Shown: positions 62,607 through 64,000 of the stretch, in pieces
How positions within the stretch are numbered: the first letter of the stretch is position 1
Layout: each line of letters opens with the position of its first letter
Assembly: GCA_963823665.1 (NCBI GenBank)
Contig: CAWGMQ010000006.1
Span: forward strand, 608,001 to 672,000
DNA length: 64,000 nucleotides
Source of the DNA: an uncultured Planctomycetota bacterium
Lineage (GTDB): Bacteria; Planctomycetota; Planctomycetia; Isosphaerales; Isosphaeraceae
Direction of reading: 5' to 3'
The notes under the pieces: generated by a model
Database searches by the model: none
Told to the model about the DNA's origin: nothing
The model's input: the letters and a program-made list of their open reading frames with translations, nothing else
Translations under genes and position numbers: made by a program

Positions 62607-62710
62607 CCCTATGCGATTGCAACCATGTTGAGACGAGCCTCATAGTCGCCCTTCGCTCCGCGAAAGGGTTCCTCCCCTCCCTATGCGATTGCAACCATGT
62701 TGAGACGAGC
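62607..62710. repeat. Perfect 32-bp direct repeat flanking a 40-bp hairpin-containing insert
   Basis: CCCTATGCGATTGCAACCATGTTGAGACGAGC at 62607-62638 and 62679-62710; the insert contains CCCTTCGCTCCGCGAAAGGG. Confidence 0.9.
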
Positions 62711-63377
62711 AGCCAGCGGATTTCGTCCCGTCGTCGAGCGAATGGAAGAGAAGCAACTGCTTAGCGCGGGCCTGGTAGCGGCTCACGCAGCCAGCCTCGC
62801 GTCAGGAATGCGGACTCCCAGCCATTCCCCAGCCGAGACACAGCGCGGCCTGTTCATGCTGTCTCGTATCACGAACACGGCATTCCCCTACACCGTCGAC
62901 TTGAAGCCGCCGTTCCAGCAAGTGTTGGTTCAAGCCGCCCAACCTGTGCCAGGCCAGATGTACAACGTACTCGAAGTCAGCGTGAGGAATGAAACGAGGC
63001 AGACGTTCACGGCCGCCAATGGGTTTTCCGTGCGGCTTGCGACCAGCGGCTCCGCGATTCCTCGCTCCTTCCCCATTCTGACAGCGAACGAGCAATGGAA
63101 ACCGCAGCAATTCATCACATTTTACGTTCTTACCAAGAAATACTATCCGGTGAGTCCGGTTCTGTCGGGAGGTTTCACGTTCAGCTTTGATCCGGGGCGG
63201 GTCGCGATACCGGGACCTTCGGGAATCGCGCTGCGGATCAAGTATAATCCGGCCAAGTTTGCCAGGACGCTCGACTGGCTGGTTGCGTATGGCCCGGGTG
63301 CAGAAGGGGGCGCGGGGGCGAAGCTGGGTTTGCCGGACACCGCCATTTGGCAGTTCACGGCGCCGAAGCCGGTGTAG
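62697..63377 (+). CDS. Unknown-family protein with an MExKQLLS motif, paralogue 3
   Basis: FRPVVERMEEKQLLS; same conserved core as 53458 and 59643. Confidence 0.8.
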   Translation: MLRRAASGFRPVVERMEEKQLLSAGLVAAHAASLASGMRTPSHSPAETQRGLFMLSRITNTAFPYTVDLKPPFQQVLVQAAQPVPGQMYNVLEVSVRNETRQTFTAANGFSVRLATSGSAIPRSFPILTANEQWKPQQFITFYVLTKKYYPVSPVLSGGFTFSFDPGRVAIPGPSGIALRIKYNPAKFARTLDWLVAYGPGAEGGAGAKLGLPDTAIWQFTAPKPV

Positions 63378-63390
63378 TGGGGCAAATTCA

Positions 63391-64000
63391 CTACAACAGC
63401 TCAGCGGGCGGATCAGGTTTTTCGGGCGCAGCCGCAGCGTCGGGTACGGCAGCCGGAGTGGGCAGCGCTTCTGGGCCAGGGCCCTCGGCCGGGGAGTGCG
63501 GCGTGTGTGCGCCGCCATCGCCGGTGTCCGCGGACAATAATGGATCGTAGAACCGGCTGTGCACGTCGCCTGGGTAGATCGACGGAGATCGTGCGGCCTT
63601 GTTGCCGATGACGACCGCGAAGACCGAGGGGACGACCAGCAACGTGGCGAATGTCGAGAACACCAACCCGCCGATGACTGCCAGCCCCAGCGGGGCCTGC
63701 ATCTGGCTTCCTTTCTCGAGCGCCAGCGCCATGGGCACCATGCCGACGGTCATCGCGCAGGCGGTCATCAGGATCGCCCGTAGTCGCTCACCGGCCCCGA
63801 CCACGGCCGCCTGGGTCGACGACGCTCCGGCTTTCCAGTGCTCGTTCATGAACGTGACGAGCAACACCGAATTCGACACCGAGACCCCCAGTGACATGAT
63901 CGAGCCCATGAACGACTCGATGTTGAGCGACGTGTTGGTGAAGTAGAGGATGATGGCGATGCCCGCCAGGACGCCCGGCACGGAGCTCACGGAGATCAAT
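63391..64000 (-). CDS. Second RND permease, C-terminal part (runs off the window)
   Basis: VPGVLAGI...TSLNIESFMGSIM.LGVSVSNSV, ERLRAILMT, QMQAPLG; closely similar to the C-terminus of 45200-48571. Confidence 0.92.
   Translation of the reverse strand, partial: LISVSSVPGVLAGIAIILYFTNTSLNIESFMGSIMSLGVSVSNSVLLVTFMNEHWKAGASSTQAAVVGAGERLRAILMTACAMTVGMVPMALALEKGSQMQAPLGLAVIGGLVFSTFATLLVVPSVFAVVIGNKAARSPSIYPGDVHSRFYDPLLSADTGDGGAHTPHSPAEGPGPEALPTPAAVPDAAAAPEKPDPPAELL

Noticed and set aside
62607..62710. Mini CRISPR array (32-bp repeats, 40-bp spacer)
   Set aside because: Only two repeats, no cas genes in the window, the repeat contains a gene start, and the palindrome is in the spacer rather than the repeat
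1..64000. tRNA, rRNA, riboswitch, integrase or IS element
   Set aside because: None recognised by eye; a covariance-model search (tRNAscan-SE, Infernal/Rfam) is needed to exclude small RNAs in 22930-23660 and 35300-37570

Overview
GC-rich bacterial DNA, very likely a planctomycete (Isosphaeraceae-like; inferred from LExR/K-xLL N-terminal motifs, the nSTAND-FGE architecture and the BlaI/M56 pair). No rRNA, tRNA, CRISPR array or intact transposase was seen. In order: (1) dgoD and a small NRPS-like cluster (oxalate-CoA-ligase-like A-T starter plus C-A-T-TE), divergent from a tryptophanase gene fused onto a glycoside hydrolase remnant; (2) a two-gene signalling module, Ser/Thr kinase-DHH-like fusion followed by a TPR-class III nucleotide cyclase with a non-canonical base pocket; (3) GH97, DUF488, YiiX-like amidase, baeRF3, Ca/H exchanger, and BlaI-M56 with a readable promoter and operators; (4) a 2260-aa secreted protein with an internal 1.43-kb duplication; (5) an MFS-SDR-ThDP enzyme-HADH catabolic operon; (6) a decayed defence island (35.3-44.9 kb) with a duplicated divergent-promoter/small-peptide cassette, an MmeI-like pseudogene, a PycTM-like pseudogene, a BsuBI/PstI-type methylase with its nuclease deleted, and an intact DUF4145(HEPN-like)-nSTAND-TM-FGE protein; (7) the best candidate for an undescribed system, a cluster of at least 19 kb with 2 RND permeases, 2 adaptors and 4 TolC paralogues interleaved with 3 paralogous LExKQLLS-motif proteins of unknown family and a PDZ protein. 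Several long genes carry 1-2 nt frameshifts that look like long-read indel errors. All family calls are by-eye motif recognition; no database search was run.
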